Below are positions 60,303 to 64,000 of a DNA stretch of 64,000 nucleotides, in pieces. Location: contig OZ361260.1 in the NCBI GenBank assembly GCA_977018835.1, positions 2,418,001 to 2,482,000 of the forward strand, written 5' to 3'. The notes beneath the pieces were generated by a model. That model saw only the letters and a program-made list of their open reading frames with translations. It made no database searches and was not told where the DNA came from. The stretch comes from Minutocellus sp. GHC0000111. Its lineage: Eukaryota. A program made the translations under genes and the position numbers. The number at the start of each line of letters is the position of its first letter. Within the stretch, counting starts at the first letter, position 1.

Positions 60303-61611
60303 CTATCTCTTTGTAAGAATATTTCCCTTGGGAGTCAGCAAGGTCCTGTTCTCGTTGAGGAAACGGCACCACTCGCCCCACTTTTCTCTCCTCACATATG
60401 CCAACGGCGTATGTCCTCTCTTATCACAGAGCATGAGAAAGTCGGGCTCGCGCTCAACGAGCATCCGGATCACCTCAAAGTTGGGGTGGCTGGCCCAACA
60501 GGCGTCGTGGAGGGGCGTGCGACCGCAGTCATCCCGCACACGAATGGACACACCGGCTTCGTTCAGCAGGAAGGAAATGACTGGAAACGACCCACGCCGA
60601 CAGGCAATGTGAATGAGCGACTCGCCGAAACGGTTGCTGCACTGGAGGATCTTGCCAGCGCGCCATAAATTTCGAAGGGCTTCGAGATCGTCCGATCGGG
60701 CCGCTCCACATGTTTCATTGTCGTAGGCGGCGATCTGCTCGGCGGTATGTTCATGGAAGAAGTCGGTAACAGAAAGAGTGTCGACTGGTTCGGATGAGTA
60801 GCCCATGCCTTCCATAATGGTCCTGAGAAAATCATCTGGATTGGTATCAGGAGGAATGGGCACATCAGAGCCTGTGTTGTCTCCTCCTGCACTCTTTTCG
60901 GCCTCAGTAGATGTAGCAGCCGGCATATCGACTTTTTCTACCTCGTCTTCGCTCATGGCATCATCACGCACGGCCAGAGCTGGCATGGATTGCACTCTCT
61001 TCACATACGAGTTCGAAGGGCTATTCATGGGAGTAGTGCTTGGCACTGGTACACTGTGCTTCTTGAGAAAGTCGACGATGACATCCTCTCCATCGGAGAG
61101 GGACATGCCACCACATTCAGCTGAAGCTGCACCCACTGCTTCGTTGAGAGGCATCGATCCCTCTTCAGATCCCATCATAGTGTCCAAGTGGGACAGAGCT
61201 GGGCTGGACATGACCTTGTGCATACCGGTGCCAATCCTCCTCTCCTCCTCACCGCTCATTCGACGACGGCCCTTCCGTGGCGGCGGGGCCGTTATGCTTC
61301 CTCTGCGAGACGTGTCCGTCGACAGAAATATGCTGTCACTCGACCGGTGCATCTGCTTCATAACCTCTGTGGTAGGTTTGCTCTCCATCTGATGCTGCTG
61401 AAACACAGAAGAGTGAACCGATGAATCCGAAGCGAGGGACGAATGAGAAGCCGAGGCGGTCATCGTCATTTCACTATTACTACTCTGACGATCTAGGCCC
61501 ACCGCTAGGTTGGCAGCGCCATCAGCACCGCCATTCTTGTTATTCGACGGCGAATGGCTCAGCTCAGAAAAGACGGCGTATGCGTGGTCGAAATGCTCAC
61601 ATGAATACGAC
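60303..61611 (-). CDS. Ankyrin-repeat protein (5' end uncertain)
   Basis: NRFGESLIHIACRRG, DDCGRTPLHDACW, DKRGHTPL. Probable splice acceptor near 61612; no upstream exon identified. Confidence 0.8.
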
Positions 61612-61702
61612 CTATGGTTTTGATTAGATATAATTTGAATGCACATAATAAAAGAAGCAATCTTTTTCAAAATAATGTAAAATGCATGAGACAGGCATTA
61701 CT

Positions 61703-61835
61703 TTAGAAAATGCCCAGGGCCGTGGTGATAGCAAATACGATGAAAAGGGATCCGCCGATGATGGAAATAGCCTTCTCCGAAATGTACTTGGAGATGTAAG
61801 CTCCACCGATCACAGCGATGCCAGTAGCGATGCCA
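61703..61835 (-). pseudogene. Orphan terminal exon of a GDT1/TMEM165 (UPF0016)-like membrane protein
   Basis: After an acceptor (caacag) it reads [38 protein letters not shown], resembling the family's last two TMs. No upstream exons were found. Confidence 0.6.
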
Positions 61836-61923
61836 CTGTTGATTATATTGAAAACGTAAAGATAAGTTAGAGACAATAGAGGCATAGAGATCCGCAAGGC
61901 AAAACAATATTCAAGATATATAT

Positions 61924-62675
61924 ATGTTAGTCCCAAAATGCGCACTGTCCCAGTTCGCGAACTGGGATCCCAGTTTGCGAACTGAGATTCATTTATCCCA
62001 GTTTGCGCACTGGGCCCCAGTTCCCAAACTAGGATCTCAGTTTGCGCACTGATACTACCAGAATGGAAACTGAGATAAACACGCCAATCCGAATTTGGGA
62101 ACCAGACGAGTTCGCGAACTGGAACAAAAATGAATACCAGTTTGGAAACTGGCATTCTCGGCAAGTGTCAGAATGGTAACTGCCGGTGTTGGCTCATGCA
62201 CAATGATTATGTACTGGTAGATCTATCTACAATACAAGTTGCACTGTGCATCATATCTTGAATTTGCAAGCTACATGTACTGGTACAGTAGCAACATGAT
62301 GCCGGCATAGCACAGATGCATGTACAGTTCATGACTTATATTTGCCAGAAGCAGCTAGCTAGATATTATTATTTATTCACTATATGTATTTAGTATCAGC
62401 TAATGCCAATTTATTGAGTATCAGCTCCGGCACTAATGTCGTCTGGACGTCTGGACCAGGTTTGGGCTGTGTTGCTTCACTATGAAAAAATGAAGCGAGG
62501 AGAAGCAAAGGCGATATCATCCATGCTAAATATTCATTATTTCTCGATTGATCCCAGTTTGCAAACTGAGATTGTGCCTATGATCCCAGTTTCCAAACTG
62601 GGATAAATAAATCCTAGTTCGCAAACTGGGATCCCAGTTCGCGAACTGGGACAGTGCGCATTTTGGGACTAACAT
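61924..62675. mobile_element. ~750-bp MITE with long TIRs and arrays of subterminal palindromes
   Basis: 60-bp perfect (~90-bp imperfect) TIRs beginning ATGTTAGTCCCAAAATGCGCACTG. About 12 copies of CCAGTT-NNNN-AACTGG-like palindromes. No ORF. Confidence 0.92.
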
Positions 62676-62968
62676 CCTGACGCAGAAAGACAGCTGTCAT
62701 TCTGCAAGTGGCACAAGTTTTTTAGTCGAGTGAGTCTGGGGGAAAGAGCAGGTCATTGGTCTCACGTAAGCGGCGCTTTAGCAAAAACAAAACGCACAAA
62801 AATGCATGCAAAAAGCCACACATGCGCCGCCCAGCGCAGCCAAGCGTTCTCTGCGGAGGAGGTAAGATTCGGCCGGTGAATAGTAACCGTGCCTCATGCT
62901 CAAGAGCCACCACCGATCCTACAGCCGCCCCCAGTCGCTAAAATATTATCCTACACAGCGATTAATTA

Positions 62969-64000
62969 ATGGAGGTTGCACTGGCCGTGGGCATTGCTGC
63001 ATATTCTGTGGATAAGAAATTAAAGGCCGAAATGGGGGGAGCCGACGACGCTTCTGCCACCGCCGCTTCTGCTGCCGCCGCTAGCGCTACCGCCGACGTT
63101 ACCTGCCCTTCCAACTTGCGAATCCTCGTCTGCACGGGGAACCTGGGCAATGCAGCACCGACCAAGGAGTCCTTTGCAGCGTGGCTACCCAAACACGGGT
63201 CGGTCGACGAGGAACTCCAAAAGGCCAAGTACCCTCCGCCGGTCGGCCACGACCCTCCGACCGAGGCCGACATGGGCGGAAGGTTTGACATCATTGCCAT
63301 TGGTATGCAGGAGGCGGTATTTTCCATCAAGAAGGAGGACAGCACCAAGACTGCAGCTGCGTTGAATGCCATACCGGAAGTAACCCAGCGTGATGTCGAC
63401 GTCGAGACAAACAGCAGCAACCACAAGGTGTCTCTGTCCAATCTCAAACTCATGTCAATGCGGGGTTTGCTCCCACAGAGGGGCGACACTGGCGCCGGCG
63501 GTAGTGACCACTCGTTGTCCGACGACTCCATGATGTCCCTCATGGGGAAGGATAATGGCGACCAGGTGGACATTTATAGCGAAGGAAACGGAAGAGCAAA
63601 TGGCGAGGACGACGACAATAATGGGCCGCCAGACAATCGAATTCACATGCAATCCAGCCGGGACGGGCCGATGCCCGGTTCCGGTAAGAAAAATAAGAGT
63701 CCGACACCATCGCCCAAGGCTGCCGCTGGCGGTGTGACCAATGCAGCCAAAAAGGCCACGAATGCCGTTACAGGAACGGTTGACGGGGTCGTCAACGTCG
63801 CGAAGGAGAAGCTGGTCCAGCCTGTTGCCACAACCATCGTTTCCGTGGCAGGCAATGCCGACCACACGAGAGGACAGCCTCCGCCGGGCGCAGGAGGACA
63901 GAGCCACAGCACCGCCGCCAGTTTCTTTGGCCTGGACACAATTTTGGACGGGGCCAAACCCGCCGAGTGGATGGGAGGTACGAAGGAATTGTACGACATT
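62969..64000 (+). CDS. Inositol polyphosphate 5-phosphatase-like protein (runs off the window end)
   Basis: Open frame from ATG 62969 with LRILVCTGNLGNAAP..AWLP and FDIIAIGMQEA. It is missing from the ORF track because no stop was seen in the window. Confidence 0.72.
   Translation, partial: MEVALAVGIAAYSVDKKLKAEMGGADDASATAASAAAASATADVTCPSNLRILVCTGNLGNAAPTKESFAAWLPKHGSVDEELQKAKYPPPVGHDPPTEADMGGRFDIIAIGMQEAVFSIKKEDSTKTAAALNAIPEVTQRDVDVETNSSNHKVSLSNLKLMSMRGLLPQRGDTGAGGSDHSLSDDSMMSLMGKDNGDQVDIYSEGNGRANGEDDDNNGPPDNRIHMQSSRDGPMPGSGKKNKSPTPSPKAAAGGVTNAAKKATNAVTGTVDGVVNVAKEKLVQPVATTIVSVAGNADHTRGQPPPGAGGQSHSTAASFFGLDTILDGAKPAEWMGGTKELYDI

Noticed and set aside
61949..62155. Regularly spaced palindromic repeats resembling a CRISPR array
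   Set aside because: The spacers are too short and irregular, the repeats lie inside a TIR element and mirror at its other end, the context is eukaryotic, and there are no cas genes.

Overview
Gene-dense eukaryotic nuclear DNA, very probably from a diatom or related stramenopile. Support: short GT-AG introns, many bipartite signal-peptide + 'xxA/G-F' plastid-targeting N-termini, an LCIB/theta-type carbonic anhydrase and diatom-type kinases. About 28 genes or gene remnants can be reconstructed, plus two non-autonomous TIR elements (MITEs) and a ~1.09 kb palindrome made of two LINE 3' ends. The main observations are: (1) a plastid-targeted AhpC/TSA (PRXL2/SelU-like) redoxin with an in-frame TGA in a UxxC motif and a non-canonical SECIS-like hairpin in its 3' UTR; (2) a high density of disabling lesions (in-frame stops, frameshifts, a MITE insertion, an orphan exon) in about a third of the genes, including arginyl-tRNA synthetase, which points to a decaying duplicate or haplotype and/or assembly errors; (3) the LINE palindrome, with near-identical arms and diverged edges; (4) a nuclear-encoded, plastid-targeted F1-ATPase-alpha-like protein lacking Walker A. 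All family assignments come from motif recognition by eye; no database searches were run.
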